NCBI RefSeq assembly: GCF_009914755.1
Contig: NC_060926.1
DNA length: 64,000 nt
From: the human T2T-CHM13v2.0 reference genome, Homo sapiens
Reading direction: 5' to 3' (one strand)
The notes under the pieces were generated by a model. That model had not been told where the DNA came from and made no database searches. It saw nothing but the letters and a program-made list of their open reading frames with translations. Both the position numbers and the translations under genes were made by a program. Below are positions 27,904 through 44,555 of the stretch, piece by piece (position 1 is the stretch's first letter; each line of letters opens with the position of its first letter).

Positions 27904-29989
27904 ATACAATTTACATTAACACCAAAATGAAATTAAACACTTAGGTACAAATGTAACAGTATATGTACAAGACCTATATGAGAAAAACTACACAATTCTG
28001 ATTAAAGGCATCAACAAAGAACAAATGATTGGAGAGTTAATCAGTTTTTATGGACTGACTCAGTATTAGTAACATACTATTTCTACTCAACTTAATCTAT
28101 AGATTTAATACGATCTCAAACTCCCAACAATCTGTTTTGCATATACTGACAAACTGATTCTAAAGTTTATATTGAAAGACAAAAATCTTCCAATAGCAAA
28201 AGCAAGACCAAAGAATAGCATTGAAAGACTCACAGTACCTGACTGTAAGACTTATAAAGCTTCAATTACCAAGAAAATGCGGCATTAGCAAAAGAACAGA
28301 CATAAAGAATTGGTGAGACAGAGTAGAACATGCGGTATTAGAACACACAAATACAGTCAACTGATTTTTGACAAAATAATAAAGGTAAATTAATGGGGAA
28401 AGGATCATCTTTTCAGCACATAGTGCTGGAAAATTTCAGACAGATCCCAATTGAGCGACAGACTACAAAATATCTAACCAGTTTTCCTCCTAACTCTCAA
28501 GGCCATAAGAAACAGTCTGAGAAATTGACAAGCAAGCGAAGATTTAAGAACCATGGTGGTGACTAAATGTAATGTGATTTCCTGGATGAGACCCTAGAAA
28601 AAGAAGTGGAATTTAGGTTTAACTGAAGAAATCTGAATAAAGAATGGATTGTAGTTAATAATAATATATCAATATTGGTTCATAAATTGTAACAAATGAA
28701 CTATACTAGTGTGTGTTGATTATAGAGAAAACTGATGTGGTATATATGGAAAGTTTTATCTTCATAATTTTTCTGTAAATTTAAAGCTGTTCTAAAAGAA
28801 AACATTTATGAAAATATTAGTAACATATCCTCTAATAATCAGCAAAAAATCAGTTAACATTTTGACATATGTATATGATTTGTCTATATGAAAATGTATT
28901 TTTTCACAAAATGTCTTTTTATATGTACTGCTTCATACTCATCTATTTTTCACATTTCAATATATTATAAATATCCTTAATTTCAATAATCATAGCTATT
29001 ATCATTTCACTGTATGATTATATAATAATATTACCGAATTATCCCATTACATTATATATCTCACTACTCTTTGAAATTTCTGTTGTTCCCAATTATTTGC
29101 TAAACAACTCTGTAATTTATTCTACAAAATATTTAGTCTGTCACAATTAACTCTCAAGGAGCATTTCCAGAAGCAAAATTTAGGGGTAAAAGTTTGGATT
29201 TTTTTATAATTACATTATTCAAAAATTCATGTTCCTCTTATATTTATTAGGAATTTTGCTATAATACTATTGATAAAATAAAATATCTTTAAAATAAGTA
29301 AAATGTATACAGAAGTACTTAGGTGAAAGTTATCAGACATACAAATGCTAATTGTCACCCCTACACTGTATATTTAAGTGGCTTAAAGGAAGCACTCCAG
29401 TGATGCTCACAATATTAAATAAAAAAAAAAAAGGAAGGAGAAAGCATTGACAGAAAGAAGTAAGGGAAGAGGGAGCGAAGAAGACTAGGGAGAATCGGAG
29501 GAACCAACATGAAAAAGTCGTTTGCAAGAGATTTTGGCCTATGATCGTATAAAACACTGAGATGACACTGAACAAAAGGACTGTCTAAACAGTTTAAGAA
29601 AATTACTGATCACATTCTATTTAACATCTAAAAAATAGTTATGGCAATATGTTAGCATTTCATTCTTATTGTCTACATGGAGATAAATGAATAACCAAAA
29701 GTCAAATATCTATTGACTATTTATCTCTCCAAGATGTCTTTCTAGCATTCCACATATTTTTATATTATGATGTAATTAATATGCATGTTCACTTATTCCC
29801 AGGATAGCCATATTTTAGATGTGTGTATATTGTAAAGACACAATTTTGCATAACTTGTAAATGGGTCTGTGTGTGTGTACTTATGCACACTAAAACACTG
29901 GCTATGAAACAATTCCATCTGTAGCTCCTCTCTTATTTGAAGGATGTATTATTTGCGAGGTATATAAATATACTGTACGAGGTGATTGA

Positions 29990-30520
29990 TGTCATTAGGG
30001 AGGCAGTGAGGCAGGTGCTTAAGAGCCAGTCTGTCTTGGTTCATACATTGGTTTCATCATTCAATAGTTGTACCACTTAACCCCTGTATTATCAAGGTCC
30101 TTACTTAACCTTCCTGTGCTTCAGATGCATAACCTATAAAATGGGGACATTAATAGTACCTACCTTGTAGGGAGTTGCTGTGAAGGCTTGTGATTACATA
30201 TTATATAGTATATAATATGACATTGTGTTTAACATATACTTTTATATATAACATTATGTATTGCATGTAACATATATGATTACATATACTTGTATATAGA
30301 CACATGTATACATTAGTACAGTGCCTGGCAAATGGTAAGCACTCAATGTATGTTTGCAGTTATTATCAAATCGTCAAAAACATCCTGCAAGTATTGCTGT
30401 CTCTGTTTTACAGAGGAGGGAGCCAAGCTCTGAGAATCTTTATGACTTTCCTAAAGTCTCACAGCTAGTAAAGGACTCAGGTTTTGTCTGAAACTAAAGC
30501 ATATGGCCTTGCTCTGAAGT
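29990..30520. mobile_element. Two MIRs (+ at about 29990-30360 with a TA-rich insert; - at about 30370-30520)
   Basis: 'ttacttaaccttcctgtgcttcag..taaaatggggacattaatagtacctacc..cagtgcctggcaaatggtaagcactcaat' and 'ttttacagaggagggagcc..gactttcctaaagtctcacagctagtaa'. Confidence 0.75.
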
Positions 30521-31952
30521 ACCACATTTACTATCAGTAGTAACTAATGTGATTATAGTACAGGGATGCATTTCTTAAGTTTATTATTGGAAAAAAAGGA
30601 CTCTCATCATAAATTATTTTCATCAAAATAAAGCTCAATAAGGATTTGTTACAGCATTATTGACAGCTTAAGAATGTTTGCTTAAATAGTAAAAAGAAAA
30701 ATAACATTGGAAAAATTCCATACGAGTAATAGACACCAGAAAAAGTTACTGTCCGTGAGCCAGAAACCAGGATTTCTTCAACACACTGTATAGACCGATC
30801 TAAAATTAAGGGGATGATTAGCCAACATGCAATTCACCATATATTAAAGAAAAGAAAAGCTCCCTACACATGAGAGAAGGAGCAAATTGACTTGATCACA
30901 TTGGCACATCACAACTTCCAAAAAAGGGCTGTCAGTGAAGTAGGGCTGGGGACTATTGATGGGGCGGGGAAGGTGGCATCCCAGAGCCCAGGAGTATAGC
31001 AAGTACCTACAACAAGATAAGGCATTTCCTCAAAAGTGTTCATTCAACCAGATGTAAATTCATCCCAAACCGATTTATTAGCCAAAGAGTGGAGGCAATG
31101 CCACAATATATCCTAATGATGAGAGCTAGGACAGAGAATGGAAGAATTGTCTAACCTCAACAAGAAAGAGAAACAAAACAAAACAAACTCCTTGGCAGTG
31201 GTGAAGTTGCTACTTTCACTACCTCGGCTCTCACTACGTCTCACAATACATATTACTGCCTGGTAAATATAATTATTATATATAGAAATTGTTCCTTTCC
31301 CCTTCTCTGAGTCTAAAACATCCAAGAAAGGACCACAAAATATTGGTTAGAAGGCACCAGAATTTTCAATATTAGGAAAACTTGAGCATGTAAGAATGAA
31401 CAGAGAAAAATATCAGACACATAAAAGGAGCTTCAAGAGAAATTAGCCAATACAAAATAATACAAAAAATCAAATAAATATTCCTCAGTTTTATCATCAA
31501 TGAAATTTTCTGCAATAAACGAAAAAATATTTGGGGAAAAGTAAAAGAGAACATTACATCTATGAACCTATTTAGTCAAACACTTAGAAGAAGTCATCTG
31601 AGATCTGGAAGAAATGCCTATTTTCAGATTTAAAATTGTGATGGAGGTGGTGAAACCTTTATTAGAATCACGTAAAACCCTAACCTATTAAAGCAGAAGA
31701 TGTGCTTCACAGATTAGTTAGTAACTAAGAATTAAGGATGAATATATAAAAATGATGAGAGAAAAGATAAGAGACATGGAAGAGATACCTTGAAACTACG
31801 GCACACATGTAACAGCAGTTGAAGAAAAAGAAGATAAAGGAAAAAGATGAGACATAATATTCAAAATAACATGAGAAAGATTTCCTGAATTCAAGACATG
31901 TTTGAGGTTTCAGGTCAGAGGGATTCTAATTGCCAAACAAAAGAAATTTTAA

Positions 31953-32269
<317 letters not shown>

Positions 32270-32289
32270 TCATATATTCTTATAATATG

Positions 32290-32802
32290 TGTGACTGTTA
32301 ATTTTATCTGTCAACTTGATGAAGCTAAGGGATGCCCTGTTCACGGGTAAAACATTATCTCTGGGTATATCTGTCAGGGAGTTTCTGGAAGAGATTTGCA
32401 TTTTAATTGGTAGTCTAGAGTAACGCAGATGGTCCTCACCACTGTGGGTGGGTATTATCAGATTCACTGAGGGCCTGACTACAACAAAAAGGTGGAAGCA
32501 AGTTGAATTCTCTCTGTCTTCTTGAGCTTGGCCATCTACCTTCTCCTGCCCCCAGACATCAGCACTCTTGGTTCTCAGGCCTTTGTACTCAGGGATTTAT
32601 ACCAACAATCCCCTCAGTTCTCAGGCCTTTGGATTTGAGCTGAATTACACCACCAGCTTTCCAGTTTCTCCAGCTTGCAGATGGCAGATTGTGGGACTTC
32701 TCAGCCTCCTTCATTGCAGGAGCCAATTTCCATCATAAATATCCTCTTTTATATAGATACATCCTATTAGTTCTATTTCTCTGGGGAATCCTGACTAATT
32801 CA
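32290..32802 (+). mobile_element. MLT2C/D-like ERVL solo LTR
   Basis: TG..CA ends: 'tgtgactgttaattttatctgtcaacttga' ... 'cctattagttctatttctctggggaatcctgactaattca'. 5-bp TSD atatg/gtatg. Confidence 0.88.
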
Positions 32803-33137
32803 GTATGACTGTATTTCAAAAATAAAGGAAGCAGTAATCTGAGAGAATACAGGCAGAAAATAAAAAGGTTGTCTACACAGGATAAAGTATGAGTTTTACA
32901 TTAAAATCCTTTTCACAATGCAAAATGACAGAAAGCAATGAAGCAAGGTCCACCAAGTGTTGATGAAAAATGGCTGTGAAACAGGAAATTGGTAGCAAGA
33001 TGGGAGAAGAGAAACAGAAAGATATTATCAAACATGGAAAGCCTCAGAAGTTATTTTAATTAAATATACTTTCTAAAAATATAAGTCTAATTAACCTAAG
33101 AAAGTAAAAGAAAACACAAGTACTAAGCCTTACATAT

Positions 33138-34037
<900 letters not shown>

Positions 34038-34797
34038 GACCTAAACAATTATACACAGAAGAAAAGTTTTAAAATTACCAATTCAGTGATGAACAAATTT
34101 TTAAAGAAAACATAAATGTTAAAATTTGACTCAAAAAAATGGAAAACTGAGATTAATAATGATACAAAATGTATCAAGTTGTCAAATGAAATGCAGCAGA
34201 CTTTACTGGTGTTTTTCTGTGCTTAGACTTCCAAGTCACAGAAAAATATTAAACAACAAAAACCATTTAAGATTACAAAATTAATAGGAAAGCTATAAAT
34301 GCCATTCTATAAAACTAGCATAAGCTTGGTCCTAAACCTGTCAAGAGGCCTAGAGTAGACCAAAGACTGGGCTGCCATCCCCAGTCATAGGCAATGTGAT
34401 TTGGGGATCCAAGCCCCAGGCCTGACCACTCAGAGACAGCATCTTTACTGCCATAAGGATTGGTTAGAAATGGTTAGATGATCCAGTCTAAGCCAATCAA
34501 GCTCCCAGGAAGACTTTTGCTGTAATTATATGAAAAAAAAAAAAAAAAAAAGTCATTCTCTCCTGAGATCCAAGATTTTAAGGTAGATTAAAGCCTGGAA
34601 GCAGAGGGCCAGAGCCAAACTGGCTGTACTATCTGTGGGAATTTAGTGCAAAATGAAAACTACTAGGAATTTCAAGGTGTTGATTATTATGGGATGACTG
34701 TATCTCCCCCGAAATTTATATGTTGAAGACCTAACCCTCAGTATTCCAGAATGTGATCTTATTTGGAAACAGGGTCATTGAAGATGTTATTAGTTAA

Positions 34798-35589
<792 letters not shown>

Positions 35590-36001
35590 AACACAAAGGC
35601 AGAGATTAGGGTGATGCATCTACAACTCAAGGGATGTCAAAGCATGACAGCAAACCACCAGAAGCTGGGGGTGAGGTATGAAACACATTCTCCCTGACAG
35701 CTTCAGAAGGAACCAACCCTGCCGGCACCTGTGAGACAATCAATTTCTGTTGCTTATGGCCCTCAGTTTGTGGAATTTTGTTGCAACAGCCCTAGAAAAT
35801 CAAAGTAACAGCAGAGCATTAAACCAAGCACTGTGCCCTTCTCAGCATGGCGCTTGGTGTCAGTGCACAGGTTGCATGCCCATGAGGCCAACCCTCTCTG
35901 CAGCTGTCTATACCACTGGGTCCAAGGAAGGCACACCTGAGGAGAAGAAAGGAAGAGTGAAAGGAAGTCTTGAAGCCAAGGTTTAAGCTTTAAATCTAGT
36001 G

Positions 36002-36535
36002 TGTGACTTCAGGTCTCTGCAAAGGAAATGCCAAGGTTTGATTAGACATGCAAGTGAAGTAAGTCTTCAGGGAAATGTCTCTGAAGGGTAAATAAGGGTG
36101 GAGGGGGCAAAACAGGATAAGGCAGGGAGAGGCTTCCATCTGCATTGCTGGCCTGACACCCTGAAAGCAGTGAGGGAAAGGAAGAGAACTGGGTAGGAGA
36201 CTCATGTTGCAGAGAAGCTCAGAGAAAGTCCTGACCAGGCTGATGAAGAGCTCTAGAGCAAAGTACTCAAAGGAACCCTGCATTAGGTAGGAATTGCCCA
36301 GCTCACTACACCTGCCCTGCTCAGTCATTGGCTGGGAGCGGCCAACAGAAAGCATGACCACCACTTGGACACTGTGGGGAATTCAAAAAGTGGCCCCTGG
36401 AGGCTTTCTGTGAATGACCCTGGATCCACCAGCTACTCTTAAGGTAAGATCTGAATGATACATGTTAATGACCACCAGCAACCACACATCAGACGTAGCC
36501 ACTTCCGCACACATTTGGGAAACAGCTCCACTACA
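36002..36535 (-). mobile_element. LTR16-family ERVL LTR
   Basis: 'gaaatgccaaggtttgattagacatgcaag', 'ggcagggagaggcttc' and 'cctgccctgctcagtcattggctgggagc'. It abuts ERVL internal sequence. Confidence 0.75.
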
Positions 36536-38075
36536 GTGTCTAGAGCTTCTCTTCCTGAAGAGAAACACAGGAGGAAGAGACTAGCAGGATAAACTGCAGC
36601 CCCATCTCTGCATTTGGACTTGAGGGCACACCTGGTACTCATTATCTTCCCCTTTCACTATCTATTTAAATTTTCCCTCTCCTGTGTTACCACCTCAGCA
36701 GGTCTTAATGGCTTACCTGGTGGTGGGACCCAAACCCTTATTCTCTAGGGGTCTGAACACTGGTCATCAGACCATTCTCAGCCTGGGGTTGCCAAACAAA
36801 TCAGTTCATGGTTACAACGGAGCAAAAAAAGTACTAGTTGGTACCCAAATGAGTCACCTGGGTTCCATACACATTTTCCTATTGGGTAATGCCTTACCTC
36901 TTCCTCCTGGTCAGAATCAGTTACCCATGGAATGAAGATTTCTCTTCTCCCCTGCTCATCTCTGGGCACATGAACTTCCCGGTGCCTTGGAAGAAGCTAT
37001 AGCTTATGGTCTGCTGGACTGTATGTCCCACATGGCAGAACTGCTTATACCACAGCTTGACCTATTATAGAGTCCTTTCTTCCTTCAAGCCTCACCCAAA
37101 GTCACCAGCCTTCCATGTCACCTAGTATGTGAGCCAAGGCAGAAGTCCAAAGACCCAGGTACAGAATATGATGCCTCCAGGACCTGAGGTGGTTTATAAG
37201 GAGCTGTGCTACCTGTCATCTTAGTAATGCAGGATATGACCATTTGGCTTTTATTTTGGAGGTTATGTTCTGGAAATCCCTTGACACCTAGATCCCTAAG
37301 ATGTTTACTGAAGTGACAGGTCCTTGACTTATCATTGAGTTTACCCCCTCATACCCCTAGAATGCATGTATCTTATGAGGGTGTCCAACATACTAACAAC
37401 TTCTTGCTCATGCTGCCACATCAACATGATGCTATCAATGTATTGTATCAATGCAACGTTCCTCAGGATATGGAGATGTTCAAGATCTCTTCAGGTTGTA
37501 TTATGACAGAGGAAGGGAGAGTTAACATAGCTGTGAGGCAAAACTGTAACTATTGTTATCTGTTCCTCATGAATGTGAACTATTTCTGGCCATCTGTTCT
37601 GGGTGGAACAGAAAACAATACATTCCACAAATCAATGGCCAAATGTCATACACTTGAGGCCTGGATAAATCTACTCTAGCACTGATACCACATCTGTACA
37701 GCAGCTGTGATTAGGGATACTTGGCTGACCTTATCTGTAGCCATTCTTTAGGGTCCATTTAGCTTCTGCAAGGGCCGGACTGTGAATGAAGTGGGAATAT
37801 AATGGGGACCACCACCCTTGCATCTTCCAGGCTTTCAATGGTAGCATTAAGCTTTACCATTCCCCTGGGCTGCAATTTTGTTTTGATTCACTCTTTTGGT
37901 GGAGGATGGGACAAAAACAGCCCACACTCCTGCCACACTTGGACATTGGCTGAGAGCAGACCAGTGACAGCGTGGCCACTGAGTGAATAAGAAGAATCCA
38001 AATTGGTGGCAGGTGAGGGTGTCTGCCAGCTACTCATTGTAGCCTGAACTCTCAATGGAAGAACTGATCTACACA
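36536..38075 (-). mobile_element. ERVL-class (ERV3-16A3-like) internal pol remnant with a degenerate reverse transcriptase
   Basis: Minus-strand translation of about 37410-37640 gives AIDLWNVLFSVP..QK*FTF..VTVLPHSYVNSPFLCHN..RDLEHL..LIQYIDSIML. These correspond to the class III RT motifs DLxxAFF, LPQGYxNSP and YIDD, now with stops. Confidence 0.85.
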
Positions 38076-40560
38076 CCTCTATGGTCACTACTGCTAGACC
38101 TATCTACATTTATACATCGATCTCTACATCTCCATTTATATCGAAATACATCTATTTTACCATACTCAAGGTTTATCACAAGAATTCAAAGACATTTATT
38201 CATATTAGAAGATATTTTGGTGAAATTCACAAAATTACAAGGTATGGGTGGGGGGCATATAAGTAAACCAAAAAATGGAAACACTTTTTAAATTTCTTTG
38301 GTGCTTTTCTGTGTGTTTAAAATTTTCAACATGCAAATCTTTTGGGATTGCATTACAGATTCATAGTTATTTTCAAAGAGAATTAAGAAACTTATCTGCT
38401 GGTTTTTTGCATCTAGAAATAATGCTTTCAGAACATGCTGATAATCATATGCTTTGGCCAATCAGACCAATCAAGTGTCCCAGTTCTGTCCAGTTCTACC
38501 ACATGCACAGTGACATGCCTGCCACTGGATTACTGTCATCTGCATTGCCTCTGTAGTATCCCACCCGTAAAGGATAATGTGCAACTTTTCCAAGGGACTC
38601 AGCATGGTCTCTTTCCCTTGGAGCAACAACAGAAAGAGGCATGATAGATAGTATCAAGAAATAGTTACCTACTTTGAATAATCAAGGACTTTATAACCTG
38701 AAAGAATATTGCCTTCACATAGACAGTAAGATTTAATTCAGTGTTTTGGAGCCCAGCAAACAAGTTCCCTGAGAGAACGCTTTCTTTAAACACAGCAACT
38801 CAGGCAACTTGCACATATATGAACCAAGAAGGCCTGGAACATTCAACAAGCTGGGTACAAGAGGAGCCACAAGAGCAAACTAAGCACACTTAAAAATAAC
38901 AATACGGATAAGAAGGATAATAATTATAATCTCTCTGGTGAGATAGAAGATCACTGTGACCACCAGACACAATGCCAAATATCCTGTTGGCAGGGTGCTT
39001 CCTTGGCCCTTGTGCATTTGTGAGCCCAGAGCCAGGCTGCAGGCAGGCACCAGCCCCAGCTTTCACTTGCTCACCATCAAGTGACTGCCATGAGCTCAGG
39101 TTACAAATTTGTTTATATTTAGATGAACAGGTGTGTGGCTCAGTTCTAAATCAAGGCCGTGTCCTGCAGTTGTCATCTTAATGTGCTTCATATAGCTGGA
39201 ATGATTTAACGTGGAAAAGGGCGACACTCCTACCCTGACTTACGCTTAGGGCTGCACCCAGCTTGTGGAAATTTTGTCATAAATTCTGTTCGAGATTCTG
39301 TGCATCATTCCCTCTTTGCATAAATCTGCAAAGGTTTTTTTGTACTGGTTGGTGGTTTCCTGCAGGAAAAGGAATGAGAAGCCCAGGTTTCTAATGTGGC
39401 TTCATTACAAGAGCAGGTTACCTCTTCCCTCTTACCTTTGCAACCTGGGGATATTTTAAAATTGCCGATTTCCAGTTGGCCCCTCATGAATACACCAAGA
39501 TTGTTGTGAAACTCAAATGATACCATTTAGGTGACTGTGCTTCATAAACACTAAAGTAGTCCACAAATGCAAAATCATATGATGCATATAAAAGAGCTTT
39601 ATGAAGCTAAATACACTCTACAGATGCAAACTAGTACAGTGGATGAAAGTGTCCTGCAAGCAACGTTATAAATGTCAGAAACACGAGGGAATTCAAGACC
39701 AGGAGTTCTCAAAGATAGTGGCTTTTCAGTCAGCTTCTTCAATTGTCATTTTATTAAGAATGCTGATGAAAATATAACATATAAGGAAGTGGAAACACTG
39801 GTTACACTGTAATTATTCTGTTAAGTATTTGAGCTCTGGTACTTACACAGGTTTTCATTCTAAGAATTCCACATACCGGGTGACAGAGATAGGCTGTGTA
39901 TCATTCTGTAACAACCCTAAAAGAAGTAGCTACAAAGTGGGAGGCTTTTCAATGAGGGAAGGAAAATAAAATTTTGTTCCCATTCAGATTTCACTTCTGT
40001 TTATATTATCATAAGGATCATTATGTGTTATTAAAAGTGATATAAGTATTTCATACAAGAAATAATTCTGACTTTTTATAAAGTAGCTTCATCATAGGTA
40101 TCTCTTAATAAAAAGTTTCCTGTCTACCAAGTGACTCCTTTTGCCCATATTCTAGTGGACCTTCCACTAAATAAGTGAACAAATGCACAAGGATATTGGC
40201 CTTCCCAAGCATGCATGACACCATGGGCCTTGGAATGCACTTGAGTTTTTCTTGGTCATTCTATCCTCACTTATGTTTAAAGTCTCCTTAATTGCTCTGA
40301 AATACAGGCAAGTAGAGACAGATGTGTCACTACAGATATGCTTACCTAACAGACACAGGATTCCCAGCCTCAGAAAATCCCTGGGAGGGCCTCTAGTTCT
40401 CCCCTTCCCCCACAACAGGAAATCTCCCTGCAACTGCCTGGCCATGGCTGCCCTCCAAGTCAGATCTCTACTCAGCCAGGCCCCTGCTTAGTGCTGTGAG
40501 CTGCCTGGGGGATCTGGCCCCAGAGTCTTGTGCACTGACCAATCTCCTATGTTTTGGGAG

Positions 40561-40930
<370 letters not shown>

Positions 40931-41329
40931 TGAGCGAAGCTCAGACTGCAGGTGCTAATCTATTAGAGCCTGTAGAAGTCCTAATTCCTCTGTCTCTCTT
41001 TCCTGCTAGGAAGCCCTTGATGTTTTATCATAATGAAAGGGAAGAAATCTCCATTTGCTGCTGCCAACCTGGGCAGTGGCATGTCTAAAATGGTTTCAGT
41101 TAGATCTCAGGGATTTGCTTTTAAAGAAGTAAAACATTTCTCCTGCCTACTGTTACTTATCTTTTTAATCCAGAGGTATAAAAATTTTAGATTATTTAAA
41201 ACAAGTGAGTAATGAAATATGCATTTTAAACAGATCATAACAAACTAAAGAAGGACACTAATGAGACTGATGGCCATCAGTGGAAGATGGTGGGGAAAAA
41301 TAGAGGTGGGGTGATAGAAGCAGACAAAT

Positions 41330-41720
41330 GGAGACAGTGGAGTGATGGAGAGAGAAGGCCAGCAGAAAGAATAACATGCAAACAGAGGAGGAGGACAGAG
41401 TGAGAGTGAAGAAAGAAGGAAGGAAAGAAAAGAGGAAGGAGAGGAAAGGAGGAAAGAAGGAAGGAAGGGAAGAAGAGAGGGAGGAAGAAGGTAAAAGCCA
41501 ACAGAAAGACAGAATTGCAAACAAGGAGGAGGACAGAGAGGGAGTGAAGAAAGGAAGCAAAGAGGATGCAAAGGAAGGAAGGAAGGAAGGAAATAAGGAA
41601 CAAAGAAAGGAAAGAGAGGAGAGAGAAAGAGAAAGGGAGAAAGGAAGAAAGGAAGGGAAGGAGGGAGGAAGGAAAGAAAGAAGGAAGAAAAAAAGAGACA
41701 GAGGGAAGGGGGAGGAGCAA
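41330..41720. repeat. GA-rich low-complexity tract
   Basis: Purine-rich GAAG/GGAG runs. Confidence 0.9.
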
Positions 41721-41789
41721 GTTTGAAGTGGGTGATTGGTCAGAGGTAAATTACTTATTAGACTCCAGGTAACTTGCTATAATAATAAT

Positions 41790-42000
41790 TGTTAATAATA
41801 ACATTTATTGAATGTTTACCATCTCCCAGATACTATTCTAAGTACTTTACATGTAATACTCATTACAACCCTATGAGTTTGACTCAATAATTATAATTTT
41901 AGCCATCAGTCTCAGGCATAAGAAAGCCATACCCTAGAACTCTAGGTAATGACTGGCAGAGCCAGGGTTCAAGCTCAGGTAGGCTGGCTTTGTACCTCTT
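41790..42000 (-). mobile_element. MIR
   Basis: 'taacatttattgaatgtttaccatctcccagatactattctaagtactttacatg..ggcagagccagggttcaagctcagg'. Confidence 0.75.
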
Positions 42001-44269
42001 GGCCACTTGTCTCTAGTCCCCTGCAGCTGCCTCTTATTCTCCAGGCTAACCATGCATTGCACTACCACTGAGATTTCCATGAGCCTTGCAGAAGTTGAAA
42101 GCAACACTTATCTAGTGGTGTTAGCAGATTGCAAAGTCCATTGTAGAATTTAAGTTTATTTTCTTCAGTGATGTTTCAAAACATACTTTAGAAGTTTACA
42201 GATGCTTGGCAATTTTCTAGCTGTTTCAAGTTCCTTCAACAGTTCCAAGATTTTTAATTGCCTTATTGTTTTGCTTAGAGTGATCAGAATTGCTTTATTC
42301 CTTGCAAACTAGAGGTTTTAAATAAAACCAGCACTTATTTCTACTTCAGAACAAATTCTTGTTTTGTGGTCTAGTTAAGACTAAGTAGGAAATGTGAGAG
42401 AAAAGTTTTTAAAAGCTAGGAATAAATGTTACATGTATATAATAAACGCAACCAGTAAATGTTTAGTGAATAAATGAAATTGATTAAGTATTGCTTGGTA
42501 ACAGCTTTTAAACTACCTCCAGCAGTTTAAAGAAAACCTGCTACAACCTGTTCTAGAAACGCCTTCTGAAAATACTTGCCAGTAGAATGGTTCCTAATGA
42601 TTAAGATAAAAGAAGTATCACTTATTTTCTATGAGTCTGCTGAAATTAAGCTTAGCATCCATCCAGGAAAATTGAGTTATTTTAGGTACTTTAAACAGAG
42701 GAGCATTAATGGAAGCAATTAATTATTTAAAGAGATGTTGCATAAACATGAGATGCAGGAGCAAAAAGGAAACAGGGCTCATACCCAGAGAGTGAGAACA
42801 GATGCCCACCACTGCCCTTGAGCTGCAGTTCACAGGCTACATCCACTGCTGAGCTGTTGGAGTTGCCGTCAGTTTCAAGAAAGCAAGTAGAGCAGGGCAA
42901 CTGCAGAGCTGAGAAGCCATTTAGATCTCACCTGTATAGAGGGTGTCTAGATGAGTGCATTACTACAGCAAAAGTATATACACACCACCCTTCCATCTAC
43001 CTAAAACCCCTTGGTTGGACCTTTTAAGTAGCCTGTACACACCAATTGTTCTCCAGAAAATAAAAAATAGAAGGCATGCAGGAATTTGGTGAAGGGCATT
43101 TTATAATTGTCTAGGTACTTAAAAATAAAACTAGGGAGCATTTTTCACTGCCTACAGGAGTTTTTAAATATGTTTTCTTGTCTATTCTATGTTTGATTTT
43201 TAACATTGTCAACATTAATTTTTTTTTGCCTTAACCTTAACAACCACTTTTCAAATTTGGTGACTTACCACATTTTCCTTCATCTTATACAGAGAATAAT
43301 ACTTACCTGCCCTTTAAATGGATTATGAAAGTAATTATTGAGTGAGGGGTATTAAGCTGTTAGGAAAGAGTTTATTAAAGAACAATTCTGATTGTAAAGT
43401 GCCACCAAGACTCTAAGAATATCATACTAAGTCACTTAATGCAGTCAGAGATGATGTTCACATGTTTTATGATAGCTCTTACAGATAGCAGTTATTTCAA
43501 GGAGATTGCTTTATTCTGAACCCTTCAGCCGATTTTGAGGTTGATGGCATTTAATTTTATGTATGTATTCAGAGAGAAATGAAATGGCTTGATGGTGACA
43601 TACATTTCAGGATTTCTCTTTTATTGGATTGAAAAGCAGGTACTTAGACTTGCATTAACGTTTGAAGCAAAGAAAGCTAGGATCGGCCCAAGTTTCATGT
43701 TAGGAAAAACAGCGACACTTTGGAAATTAATTAAGCTTATCTGGAACTCCAGCTGCATTACATTAAATTTGATCAAATGCTGAATGTCATCTGCAGTCAA
43801 GCTAATTTCACTAAGGGCCAAGAAGATGGTGTTACATTGAGGCGGGGCTAGTCAAGTGAATCTTGTCCATCAGCACAGTGGGGAATCTGCTAAGCTTATA
43901 GATTTAAAATCCTCAAAACAATTTCCCTCTCCTTAGAGGTTTTCCTAAATGCATGTGGATTTGGGCTGAGATTCCTCCCCGCTGGATCCACTAAAAAGAC
44001 TTTTCCTCTCTCTTGTTGACAGTTCTCAACCTGTACATAAAATACATTCAAGAAAGTGTGATGTGAAGGGTTAGGTTAGTTCATGGATCATGGCATTTAA
44101 GAGGAAGAATCACCCTTGAAAGGTTAAGTTCAGGATTTGCTTTCACGTGTGAGATAAATATTGACTAGTAATCAGGAAGTAGGCAACATTAGTAAGATTA
44201 TTTTTAAAATAAACCAACCTCTACAGTACAGAATGGGGGTGACTTTCAGTGAATTCTTGAAAATTCCTT

Positions 44270-44555
44270 TGAAGTGGCATAGCATCATGATTAGAAACAT
44301 GGGATCTGGACACAGGTGGCTTGGGTTTACATCCTTGCTCTATCACTTAGTAAATGTAAGATTTAGAGTGAATTGCTTAACCATTTTGGGGCTCAGTTTC
44401 CCTATAAAATGAATATAAAATGAAACCCTATAAAATGAATATAACAATAGTGCCTATTTCACAGAGTTATTGCAAGGATTAAACTAGTTAAAATCTGTAA
44501 AGAGCTTGGAATGGTGCTTGGCACATAGTAAGCACTACATACGTGTTTGTTAAAT
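44270..44555 (+). mobile_element. MIR with a small internal tandem duplication
   Basis: 'ttgcttaaccattttggggctcagtttcc..aatagtgcctatttcacagagttattgcaaggattaa..ttggcacatagtaagcact'. 'ccctataaaatgaatataa' occurs twice. Confidence 0.8.

Noticed and set aside
41245-41772. Overlapping E/K/R-rich and L/S/F-rich ORFs
   Set aside because: GA low-complexity artefact.
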